Shown: positions 1 to 10,500 of the stretch, piece by piece | Numbering within the stretch: the first letter of the stretch is position 1 | Layout of the letters: each line of letters opens with the position of its first letter | Source of the DNA: Nemertoderma westbladi | Taxonomy: Eukaryota > Animalia > Xenacoelomorpha | NCBI GenBank assembly: GCA_032718475.1 | Contig: JAUCBJ010000160.1 | Coordinates: 5,108-69,107, forward strand | Direction of reading: 5' to 3' | DNA: 64,000 nucleotides | Program-made: the position numbers and the translations under genes | Notes under the pieces: model-generated | Database searches by the model: none | What the model saw: the letters and a program-made list of their open reading frames with translations, nothing else | What the model was told of the DNA's origin: nothing

Positions 1-1
1 T

Positions 2-3000
2 GTTTCAAATGCTGTCATTCGCCCACCGGTTCAGTTTACATCGCAATCTACGACTTCGAGGAAGACTTGTGAGCCTACCGAACAACGGAGAACAGTGGAG
101 ACGCGACCGTTCAACCAGTTTACATCGCAATCTACGACTTCGAGGAAGACTTGTGAGCCTACCGAACAACGGAGATCAGTGGACGATGTTCCGAAACGAG
201 CCGTTAGAATTCGAACGACGCAACGGATGCGAGCACGTCGACCACCATATCCAGATGATAGTAGTACTTCGAGCGAATCGGATTACCCGAAACGCGAGGT
301 ATTTAGAACAGGGGCGGCCGATGAATATAAACGCGAGCGTTCAGACAACTCCTTTGCAGACAATCCTCCACAGAATACACCAACACAGAAGGCGTTACAA
401 CCAACGGACGCAATTAGTACACAACAGTTCGCCGACATTCTGCGACCAGTTGTCAACAAGTTGGCTCAGATCGAGGAGCGTCTGGAGGAAGTTCAAACCG
501 ATAGTTCGAGGAACACCGAATTCGAACACAATAGACACCCGAAGGCACCACAAAGACCGGTACCTTCAAACCCCACATCGTATCAGGGAAAAGCGCCAAG
601 AAGGGAGAACATCAACCAGGTTACCAACCAAGGACGCGAAACTCTGAACGTTGCTGAGGAGATAGCAAAATTCGCAGCCAGACAAGGATTGCCGGTACAA
701 CAACCACCGAAGTTTTCCGGTAGCTCAAAACACTGGCATACCTTCGTAGACTATATCGAATCCCAGATCGCCGTGTGCGCCTTTACATCACGGGAGAAGT
801 TCAATTACCTGCTCCAAACGTTGTCAGGAGAACCTAAACGTTTGGCGGAGACTTTCGTCGGTGTACCGGACGCTTTCGAACTAGCGTACGATCGTTTGAC
901 TTCGATATACGGAGGTACAGTGAGTATGGCCAGGTCAGTAATAGAGGAACTCTGTAAGGGAGGGGCTATCACTAAACCCGTCGACTTACTAAAACTGGCT
1001 GACGAGATTAAGAACGCTATCACTACCTTAAGATCAATTGGACAACTTGATTACGGGAATACCCCTACAGTTCTATTAAAGATAATAGGACGACTCCACC
1101 ATCGACTTCGTCGGGAGTGGAGGAAGGTCGAATACCAGCGAGAGGAGCGGGGAGGATTCTTAAAATTAGAAGATGTGTACCTTTTAATATCCAGGGAGGC
1201 GGTAGTAGAAACTCGATCTAACTATACCGACCAGCACATCGTGGCAGAAGGGATCACACTGCCATCCTCCAACCGACAAAAACCCCAGACAACATCCACA
1301 AAGACGGCCACTTACGCCACACCGACGGAATCACGACAATTCTCAGACGGTAATAGAGTATCTGCGCCCATTGGGACGAAACAGACGAGACAGCAACTCA
1401 GCGCCGACTTCAACGGCTGCCAATACTGCGAACATTTAGGTAAGCGGTATATTGGTCACAAGTTACGAGGTTGTCGACAATTTCGCGAGTTGAACTCAGA
1501 AGAACGACGGCTGCAGATACGGCCACTGGACTCTTGTTGGCGGTGTACGCGACACGGACACGTCCGTAAGGATTGCCCAAATACCGACACTTGTCCATCC
1601 TGTGGACGCAACCACGACGGTCTGCTCCACACAGACAGCCACACGCCGACGAAACGCTTCGCCAGGGAACACCCGGAAGCAGCAGCGAGATGTGATGCGG
1701 CTTACCGAAAACGAGAATCGAAAACGACTCCGACTTTCGTGACCCATATAGAGGATTGCTTTTCAGAACAATCCGGATCGTCGGACGAAGAATCAGACGA
1801 CGACGAATATTCTAATGGAGACGAACAACCGTCAATCGCGCTCCTGACCACTGACCAACTGAAGGGATTCAGTGTAATCCCGATTAAAGTTACTGGCACA
1901 AAAGGGAGTAAGAGGATTTACGCGATTCTAGACTCAGCCTCATCTCACAGTTACGTGGATGAAAAGATAGCTGACGTCGTAACGGATCTCAGACAAGGTA
2001 AACACGTAAGTTATACAGTAAGTAGTATGCATGGCCAGCGTGCAATACCAGTGACACGAGTTAAGTTGGACTTAGACTCTCTTCTTCCAAAATCGCAACA
2101 CAGCGAGAGGGAGAGATCTTTGTTACCCTTTAGAGATCTAACCTTTGCGGCCACGAAGGACTTTAGTAACCTACTAGGTCCAGTGCCGGAACAATCTCTG
2201 GAGGACCGTAAGTATTTCAGACACCTTGGTGTACCCGAATGTCCTGTCAATTATAGATCAGTAGCAATGCTGATCGGGACGGACCAATTCAACCTACATC
2301 AGGTGTGGGAAACCAGACCATCGGCAGTTGTAGCAGGAAACGCATACGCCTGCAGAACGCCGATAGGGTGGTATACACGAGCGCCTGTGCGCACACTAGA
2401 CGTAAGTGACGAGGAAGACGATGTACAGAGTACATGTAGTTTATTAACTACAAATTCAATTCATTCCTTTTCACACGACGTGAACCATACTACGCTACAG
2501 TCGACAAAACATGACAGACGTGTAACTAGTATGATAAGTCACAAGGAGCAGCTAATCCACAAGGTGAGTTTAGAACTTGGGGAGAAGACGAGTCAGCTAG
2601 AGATTCCATCGACGACAGATGATAGGCTTGCGAGTCTACCTACCCCAATAACCTCAACAGTGCCCATCGATATCGACGATGACGCGTTGAAAATTCATCA
2701 GTTGGAACAAGCCGCCTTGGACAAAGAATTAACGGAGAAGACTATCAGGTGGTTAGAACAAGATACGGCTGAACCTGGTAGCTACGACCCTTGTATGTCG
2801 GAACAGGAGAAACAATCTCTAAAGATCATGGAGGATACTATCCGACAGACGGAGGACGGACATTACGAGGTGGGGATGTTATGGCGTAGCCAAAGTCCTA
2901 AACTTATAAATAACTACCCACTGGCTTTAAGACGTCTACACTCAATCCGACAACGTCTATTAAAGGACGAGAAAGCCCATCTGCAGTATAACACTCAGAT

Positions 3001-6000
3001 GGAGACGTATTTGACGAAGGGATACGCTATCAGAATGACTAACCCGGAGCGAGTGACCGACCAGACATACTACCTGCCACATCACTATGTGAGACATCCC
3101 GATAAACCAGACAAAGTACGTGTAGTCAATGACTGTGCGGCTCTATTTGAGGGAATGTCCCTCAATAGTGAGTTGATGGATGGACCGAACATGAATAATT
3201 ATCTTATGGGGGTGATTATGCGCTTCCGTCAGCGCCAAGTAGCCTTTACTTGTGACGTTGAAGCGATGTTTCACCAAGTAAAAGCGTTAGAGCGAGACAG
3301 AGACAGTTTGCGGTTTCTCTGGTATCCGGAAGGGGACTTAAGTCTACCACCAGCGACTTACCAAATGCAAGTTCGCGTTTTCGGTGCCAGAGACAGCCCA
3401 AATTGTACGATGTACGCCTTGAAGCAAGCCGCTAGAGATCAGAAACATCTGTATGACCCAGAGATAATTAGAATTGTAGAACGTGACTTTTACGTTGACG
3501 ACGGATTACAGAGTTGCGACACAGTAGAACGTGCTACAACAGTAGCACATCAATTACGGGACTGCTTGGCGAGCGGAGGTTTTAACCTCACCAAATTCGC
3601 CTCAAACAGTGCCGAATTAGTTGACTCATTCGGAACTACTGAGCGTGGAGGTGGTGACATAGACCTAGAGTTCGAACCACTACCGACGACTAAGGTGTTG
3701 GGGCTCTTTTGGGACCCAAACACAGACAACTTTCGAGTGAAGGTGAGACTGGACAGTCAAGGAAACACACTGACCAAGAGATCATGCTTGTCAAAGTTGA
3801 GCCGATTGTTCGACCCGTTAGGATTCATCAGTCCAGTGATACTGCAAGCCCGCATTTATATGCGCAGTATATGGAAGGATGGACTAACGTGGGACGAGCC
3901 GATCTCATCAGATCAAGTGGACTTATGGAAGACCTGGGAGGCGGAATTGTCTTCGTTAGAGGATTATTCCATACCCAGGGTTTACTTTCCATTACAGAGT
4001 ACATTTCCTGACAACTTGGAACTACACTGTTTTTCCGACGCCAGTGACAACGGGTTTGGTGTGGCAGCGTATTTGCGCAGACAAGTAGAATCAGACGAGT
4101 TCGATGTTTCGCTCATTACTTCCAAGGCTAAGACCATGCCTACTAAGTATATGACGACACCACGAGCCGAGCTACAAGCCGCGACCCTGTCAACCACCAT
4201 CGTGAACCTCATACAGACAGAACTACAGTCGAGTTTACAGATATTTTATTGGACTGACGCGACGTTGGTTTTATTTTACATAAACAACGACACACTCGAA
4301 TTCAAGACATTCGTAGCTAACCGTCGCGCAGAGATTCTAGACCGTTCGATAAAAGAGGATTGGCGACATTGTCCCGGACCACAAAACCCAGCTGATATTG
4401 CGTCGCGAGGAATGATGCCTGAGGAATTCTGTAAACCGGAGAACAAAGAGTTTTGGCAACACGGACCCCAGTTCTTGCAGAAATCGACACAAGATTGGCC
4501 TCCGTTATACGACAACAAGTCCAACACCATTCCTAAGGACGCCGAAATCAAGAAACCAAAAAAGGGGAAGACAAAGAAAAGGACGACGGCGGCGAAACTA
4601 AAGAAAAAACCGAAGGCGAAATGGAAGGATATAACTTCAAAGGTCAAGAGAGGAAGACTTGCGAGCCTTTCTACACCAGACATATCGCCAGACGGTCAAC
4701 CAGACACGTTACTAGACAGTCAACCAGACATTTTGCCAGACATATCACAAAATGTTCCACCAGACGCTAGTAACACACTGACAAACAGTAAAGCCGCAGT
4801 TTCTCTATTGGAGCGGCCTTCTATTGACAAACTACCAGATACGTTACCAGACGTATCGCCAGACACATTACTAGACAGTCGACTAGACATTTTGTCAGAA
4901 ACATCACAAAATGTTCTACCGGACATTAGTAATGTATCAACTAACAGTAAAGCCGCAGTTTCCCTATTGGAGCGGCCTTGTATTGACAAACTACCAATTT
5001 TGACACACTTGAGCAACCATAAGCATGGTGAAACCTCATGTATTGCAGATGTGGGTAGTACCTACGCTAATGTAAATACAGGTGTTACTTTGCGCTCAAG
5101 AGACATACCGAACTTACAACCTATGGTGAGACCTGGGATTAATGTCGGCAGGAAAATAAGTTTACCGAAACCTGCTGACCCCATAGAGTTCAAACCACCA
5201 TTAACGATCGACTTACAAAGTACTGACGATCAAGGTAAGAAGACGAAGAAGGACAAATTACTTGTAGACCCGGACGGATCAACAGTCAACAAGGGAATAC
5301 TTACCGGCGGACCCGTGGGCCCTTCTAGTAATTCAAAACCTTCCAAGTTCTCCATTGACTTACCTGATGACGTCACAAATACTTACGTCGACCGTATCGT
5401 AAACTTAACAGACTCTTGGTCAAACGCTTGCCGAAAATTAGCGTGGATTGTACGTTTTGTACAATACGTTAAAGGCAAACGTGACTTTACACGTCGACTT
5501 ACATTGGCTGAGATTGACAGGTGTGAGATTAAATTAATTCGCCATTACCAACTGCGATATTTCGCGCGCGAATTCACATCTATACATCAAGGTCAACCAA
5601 TCAAGTCGTCACCGATACTGAGTTGGAGTCCGATAATTTATAATGGCTTACTTTGTCATAAATCTCGGCTTCAAAACATTGACTTTAACACAAACTTTAG
5701 GTACCCAATAATAATACCGCAACATCACGAACTACAACGTGCAATGATACTGGACGCACATTTACATCTGAAACACGCTGGAAGACACCACTGTCTTTCC
5801 TACTTACGTACTAGATTTGTATTAATTAGACCCAGTAAAGCATTAAGTTCAGTGACACGTACGTGTATTATTTGTAAAAAGGTACATTCTAGAATAGGTA
5901 CCCAAGAAATGAGTGAACTACCACAAGCACGACTTCAAGCATTCAGACCACCTTTTACAGAGACTGGAATTGATTGCTTTGGTCCCATACATACTAAACG

Positions 6001-6895
6001 TGGACGTATACTAGTAAAACGCTGGGGACTGATTTTCACATGTATGTCCAGTAGGGCAGTTCACATTGAACGTGTGATGGATCTTTCCACCAACGCGTTT
6101 ATACTAGCACTGCGGCGATTTATCGCTAGACGCGGACTAGTAAAATGCTTGTACTCAGACCAAGGGACAAACTTTGTTGGTGCTCGGAATGAGATTGCTA
6201 GAGCCTTTAAGAGATTAGATCATGATCAAATCTCGAACGAACTGCAACCTCACAAGATTGTTTGGAAGTTTAATCCTCCAGATAGTCCTTGGAGAGGCGG
6301 AGTCTGGGAGAGATTGATTAGATCTATCAAAACGGCCATGGCAAAGGTCATTCCAGTAAACCACATATTAACAGACGACCAACTGACAACATTGTTTGTT
6401 GAAATCGAGGCAATACTAAATACTAGACCAATAGTATTAGTACCCGATGACAAACAATCTCAGTTCGCTTTAACACCAGCACACCTGCTTATGCAGGCAC
6501 CGACCACATTGACGCCGATTTCCATTCCAATGGAAAGCGATAGTTACGTGAGAAAAGCGTGGAAAATCACGCAACTACTGGCTAACAAATTCTGGGAAAT
6601 ATGGCAAAACCATTATTTGCCCTCTATTTCTGCCAGAACAAACTGGTATAATAACACCCGCGCATTAAAGCCGGGAGATCACGTGCTGTTGGCAGAAGTG
6701 AATCTAAAAAGACGCTTCTGGATAACAGGTGTCATTTTAGCCACACATCCATCTATGGATGGAGTGACAAGAACTGTGACGGTACGAACAATTGAGGGTC
6801 GCACAGTAGACAGACCGACTCAACGTCTCGTACTTCTTGAAGAGACTCGTAACGAGTCTGGAGACTACAAATCTCCACCTAATACTAGTAAATAA
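2..6895 (+). CDS. BEL/Pao Gag-Pol polyprotein (frame open from window edge, 5'-partial)
   Basis: Gag PPKFSGSSKHW and knuckles CQYC..H..C, CWRC..H..C, CPSCGRNHDGLLH; protease AILDSAS; RT YYLPHH, DVEAMFHQV, FYVDD; RNase H CFSDAS, TPRAELQAA, WTDA; integrase H-H/CIIC, IDCFGP, SDQGTNFVGA, GGVWERLI. No stop in this frame from position 2. Confidence 0.96.
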   Translation, partial: VSNAVIRPPVQFTSQSTTSRKTCEPTEQRRTVETRPFNQFTSQSTTSRKTCEPTEQRRSVDDVPKRAVRIRTTQRMRARRPPYPDDSSTSSESDYPKREVFRTGAADEYKRERSDNSFADNPPQNTPTQKALQPTDAISTQQFADILRPVVNKLAQIEERLEEVQTDSSRNTEFEHNRHPKAPQRPVPSNPTSYQGKAPRRENINQVTNQGRETLNVAEEIAKFAARQGLPVQQPPKFSGSSKHWHTFVDYIESQIAVCAFTSREKFNYLLQTLSGEPKRLAETFVGVPDAFELAYDRLTSIYGGTVSMARSVIEELCKGGAITKPVDLLKLADEIKNAITTLRSIGQLDYGNTPTVLLKIIGRLHHRLRREWRKVEYQREERGGFLKLEDVYLLISREAVVETRSNYTDQHIVAEGITLPSSNRQKPQTTSTKTATYATPTESRQFSDGNRVSAPIGTKQTRQQLSADFNGCQYCEHLGKRYIGHKLRGCRQFRELNSEERRLQIRPLDSCWRCTRHGHVRKDCPNTDTCPSCGRNHDGLLHTDSHTPTKRFAREHPEAAARCDAAYRKRESKTTPTFVTHIEDCFSEQSGSSDEESDDDEYSNGDEQPSIALLTTDQLKGFSVIPIKVTGTKGSKRIYAILDSASSHSYVDEKIADVVTDLRQGKHVSYTVSSMHGQRAIPVTRVKLDLDSLLPKSQHSERERSLLPFRDLTFAATKDFSNLLGPVPEQSLEDRKYFRHLGVPECPVNYRSVAMLIGTDQFNLHQVWETRPSAVVAGNAYACRTPIGWYTRAPVRTLDVSDEEDDVQSTCSLLTTNSIHSFSHDVNHTTLQSTKHDRRVTSMISHKEQLIHKVSLELGEKTSQLEIPSTTDDRLASLPTPITSTVPIDIDDDALKIHQLEQAALDKELTEKTIRWLEQDTAEPGSYDPCMSEQEKQSLKIMEDTIRQTEDGHYEVGMLWRSQSPKLINNYPLALRRLHSIRQRLLKDEKAHLQYNTQMETYLTKGYAIRMTNPERVTDQTYYLPHHYVRHPDKPDKVRVVNDCAALFEGMSLNSELMDGPNMNNYLMGVIMRFRQRQVAFTCDVEAMFHQVKALERDRDSLRFLWYPEGDLSLPPATYQMQVRVFGARDSPNCTMYALKQAARDQKHLYDPEIIRIVERDFYVDDGLQSCDTVERATTVAHQLRDCLASGGFNLTKFASNSAELVDSFGTTERGGGDIDLEFEPLPTTKVLGLFWDPNTDNFRVKVRLDSQGNTLTKRSCLSKLSRLFDPLGFISPVILQARIYMRSIWKDGLTWDEPISSDQVDLWKTWEAELSSLEDYSIPRVYFPLQSTFPDNLELHCFSDASDNGFGVAAYLRRQVESDEFDVSLITSKAKTMPTKYMTTPRAELQAATLSTTIVNLIQTELQSSLQIFYWTDATLVLFYINNDTLEFKTFVANRRAEILDRSIKEDWRHCPGPQNPADIASRGMMPEEFCKPENKEFWQHGPQFLQKSTQDWPPLYDNKSNTIPKDAEIKKPKKGKTKKRTTAAKLKKKPKAKWKDITSKVKRGRLASLSTPDISPDGQPDTLLDSQPDILPDISQNVPPDASNTLTNSKAAVSLLERPSIDKLPDTLPDVSPDTLLDSRLDILSETSQNVLPDISNVSTNSKAAVSLLERPCIDKLPILTHLSNHKHGETSCIADVGSTYANVNTGVTLRSRDIPNLQPMVRPGINVGRKISLPKPADPIEFKPPLTIDLQSTDDQGKKTKKDKLLVDPDGSTVNKGILTGGPVGPSSNSKPSKFSIDLPDDVTNTYVDRIVNLTDSWSNACRKLAWIVRFVQYVKGKRDFTRRLTLAEIDRCEIKLIRHYQLRYFAREFTSIHQGQPIKSSPILSWSPIIYNGLLCHKSRLQNIDFNTNFRYPIIIPQHHELQRAMILDAHLHLKHAGRHHCLSYLRTRFVLIRPSKALSSVTRTCIICKKVHSRIGTQEMSELPQARLQAFRPPFTETGIDCFGPIHTKRGRILVKRWGLIFTCMSSRAVHIERVMDLSTNAFILALRRFIARRGLVKCLYSDQGTNFVGARNEIARAFKRLDHDQISNELQPHKIVWKFNPPDSPWRGGVWERLIRSIKTAMAKVIPVNHILTDDQLTTLFVEIEAILNTRPIVLVPDDKQSQFALTPAHLLMQAPTTLTPISIPMESDSYVRKAWKITQLLANKFWEIWQNHYLPSISARTNWYNNTRALKPGDHVLLAEVNLKRRFWITGVILATHPSMDGVTRTVTVRTIEGRTVDRPTQRLVLLEETRNESGDYKSPPNTSK
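31..183 (+). repeat. 84-bp period direct duplication in gag N-terminus
   Basis: CAGTTTACATCGCAATCTACGACTTCGAGGAAGACTTGTGAGCCTACCGAACAACGGAGA occurs twice, 84 bp apart. Confidence 0.9.
4680..4997 (+). repeat. 159-bp (53-aa) in-frame duplication between RNase H and integrase
   Basis: ACAGTAAAGCCGCAGTT at 4785 and 4944; PDTLLDS..DIL...SQNV.PD.SN..TNSKAAVSLLERP.IDKLP occurs twice. Confidence 0.9.
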
Positions 6896-7558
6896 TTAGG
6901 AGTTTACAAATAGATTTCCACGTACCTGTACACCGTAGTAAGGACAGCGGTAGAATTCCATTGTCTTTATATGTGAACATTGAGGGTAGTACCCTTATGT
7001 GTCACATAGGAGCGGGATTTGTAGGTATAAGAAATGGAATTCTACTTGGAACTCACAATATTGAGACATTTTCGAAATTTTAGACAATCCATTTGGATTT
7101 GAAAAATTTTTAAAATTTTCTCCAGTGAATAGATTTCAGGGTACAGTCGGGTGGAACTTAAAATTAGAGAAACAAGAGAGGAAGACTTGCGAGCCTTTCT
7201 TAAAATTTTTAATTAAATTTTACACGGTCTTGTTTCAATAAGTTACGTCAAAATAGACTCCCCTATATTTATTACTAATTCTTGACTGCTTATTTTCTGA
7301 TAATAGTTTGGGATCAAAAGGTGAGTATTTTAGACTCACGGCCAGTTTAGCCCAAATTCGTTTTTACTTCGGCAAAAAAAAAATTTTAGATAAGAAGCAG
7401 CGTGTCATTAAAGAAACCCTAGATCTTAGGCTATGGGTAGGAGGTTAGAGCGTTGTCGAGCCAAAAGGGCAGACGAAACTCTCACGTCTCCTCACAACTA
7501 ACTACAAACTCTGTTGTATTCCCTCTAGTAGTAATGATTATGTAACTACACCCTAATT

Positions 7559-10500
7559 ATGGAGAAAGGGATACAAGGAGAGCCGAGATGGGGATATGAT
7601 ATCCAAGAGGAGGCAGCAGCGCCATTCGAAAGATTTGGAGCCAAGGATTACACTATATTTGGTATAAAAGAATTATCGGAAAGTACAGCGAAACTCGCGA
7701 GAACTAAATATGACTCGAATGTATTAAAGAGAAGGCAAAACGCATTAAACGAAAGAATCGAAAGTTTGCGCCAAACCTTCAACGAACTTTACCCGTACGA
7801 TGCTTTGTGTGATACGGGAGACATTAGCGAAGACCCCGATACTGAAATTAGTCGTTTGTATCATACCATGCAATACCTAAAGGCGCACGAACCTATGCCT
7901 GCGGTACGCGATGAATTCGATGGAATGCATCTTTACAGACGAACTCGAGGGGACGATAGAGAAACCAAGGAAGCATTTTCAGTTTATAAACTTTATTATC
8001 AATGCGGTTCTTGTATGCGTGAACAACGAAATGCGATTCCGATGCGTTTGAATAAGGAAAATCCCGAACCGATATTGGCGAGATGTTCGAATCATCAACA
8101 ACTACGCTACCAGGAAGGAGGGTATCCTTTATCGAATCCATATCATTCATTTGCTATGACCGGACCAAAGGCGGGAGAAACTGTCATTTACCCACCTAAG
8201 GTTGTTGAACCCGATGTATTTGAACTTACGCTGGACGAGGCGAATCAGTCAACCCGCGAAAAGAAAGAAGCTCTTAGCCTATACAGAGCCTACAAGGCTT
8301 TCGAGAAAGGTGAGATGGAAGAATGGGGTGGAAGACTCGCGAGCCTACCTTGCCATTGGACGTCACACGATCAAACTTCAGCTAAGGAGATGACACCGGA
8401 AGTTTTCGAGAGCATAAACTTCGCTCAAAACGTTATTCAGAGACTACAGATTGCATCCCCGGAGAGGCCAAGAGAAATGCAACCGTATAGTACTGCAGCT
8501 ACGAAACCATTGAGTACGACACTCAACTTTCCTATTAGTATACCAGTCCGACAGGATACGACGTACGAAATACCCATCGTGGATCATCCAGAAATCATTT
8601 CAAACTTGGAGTTTCTTCCTGCAGTTGTTTTCAGCGATATGAGTAAGATATGTGATTTACGTAGACATATTACTCAAAAGGTCGTGAACAACGTTCCACC
8701 TCATATCCAAGATTTTAAGGAACTGGATAGAGCTGGTGCCGATATAGCTCCGAGTAATCTGAAAGGATATCTAACCAAGACGATTCGTTTATGGATTGGA
8801 ATCGGAACCTTCGAGTCGGATACAGATATTGCCGCAGATTGGCGAGGTAAGGTTATTCGTTTCGATGAGGATAAGGATATAGAGAAGATTTGGCAACCTT
8901 CGGAAGAATTGTTGGATGAATGGACTAGGACGTTTAGATCGTTTCAGGAAAACGGTTATATGTTTTACGATAACGAGGGCGGCAGTCATCAGCAGAGTTT
9001 GACTTCTAAGACTATACAGATTAGAGCGGCGGACGGAGTCCTGCACGTTTTCAGTAGACAGAGGAGCGACAAACGAATGCCGATACCTCCAGCGAATACA
9101 AAGCGACACCATCTTATCACCGATATAGTAAAGAAGATGGACCAAGCTTGTAATATTGACGCTAGAATGCTACCGAAGATGGTAAGAAACATGATTTTAG
9201 ATAAAACTGTTGTAAAGGTTGGATCAGGAGTAAGGGAGGATTTAATTAGCGACTTCGCCGGCATGACGGACAGCGATGACCGACTACCGACACCATACGT
9301 CGACACCCGACCTCTTATTCTGTGGTCTATAGAACAGGGATATTTTCGTGAGTATAATACTCAGAAGACTGGAACTGGATACATTTCCTACCTGTTATTC
9401 AATTGGGATTATAAGGAAGGTAAAAGAAACAAGTATATTGAAACTTATGGAGAAGGTGATACTCCAGATATGAGTGAGTTTGAATCACAGCTTAAATGGA
9501 GAGGATGCGTGTATTGGGCTATTACGTCACCTCCAAGAGCGGTCTTACAATATTATTTAGCAATAGAGTCGTCAGTGAATGTTTGCCTAATCGCCGACAT
9601 TGTGTCTCGGACTCTCAAAAGACATCCACTTTGTCTCGGAGAAGATCATACGTTCTACATGGAAGGGAGAATTCGTACCGACGTGTTTAGACGATTCCTT
9701 GAACCCTTCTACAACTCCGACGCTCAGTGTAATGCCTTTACTCGAGCAGGATTTAGTATATTTCGAGACGTGTATCTTCGCTGTGCGGGATCTCTTATCG
9801 AAAGACCATCTATGTTTACATTGTTACCCTATGAAGGAGAACGTATCGTGGAGATTATGGATGAATCACGGCAGACGCGCGCGTCTATCGGTCACCTCGG
9901 TGATGATTTCAACGTAACTACTACGATCGCCGACGATCCTTTAGAGGAACTTCTTGAGATTGAAAGGAACCTCCCGAAGAAATCTCAGACGGAGATTCGA
10001 CAACTTGAAGCAACAGATGCTATAGTTTGCCTACAACCTTCAGAAACCTACCAACCCATAGACCCAGATGATTACGATTATAGTGTGGGAGGAAGCGCTC
10101 GACCGATTGGAGATCTTATATACGAACGAGTGTGGTACCCTGCTAATACGATGTGTAGTAAATGTGGCGTCGCTGGACATCATATGGCAAAGTGCAGTGG
10201 AAAGCACATTACTACGACTCAGCTAATCTGTGGATGGTGTGGGGATCAAGGGTCTCATACCTTTTATACTTGCTGGAGATTTATGGCTCAGTGTACTTAC
10301 TGCAATATAAAGGGACATCGAGCATCTGAATGCCAACTAAGAGACATACCTTATGAACACGAATCTGTAAAACTCGTGAGGAAGTTATTTGATGAGTGGG
10401 AAGATTTGGCCGACGAACATGTATCGGCACAGAGAAGACGGTTTCCGATGAGAGCGCATCTCGGATTTTGGGCGGTAAATCCCCAGACGATGATGTCGGA

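Noticed and set aside
9-647. 212-aa ORF overlapping gag
   Set aside because: Alternative frame of gag with no recognisable domain; the gag frame is open from the window edge.
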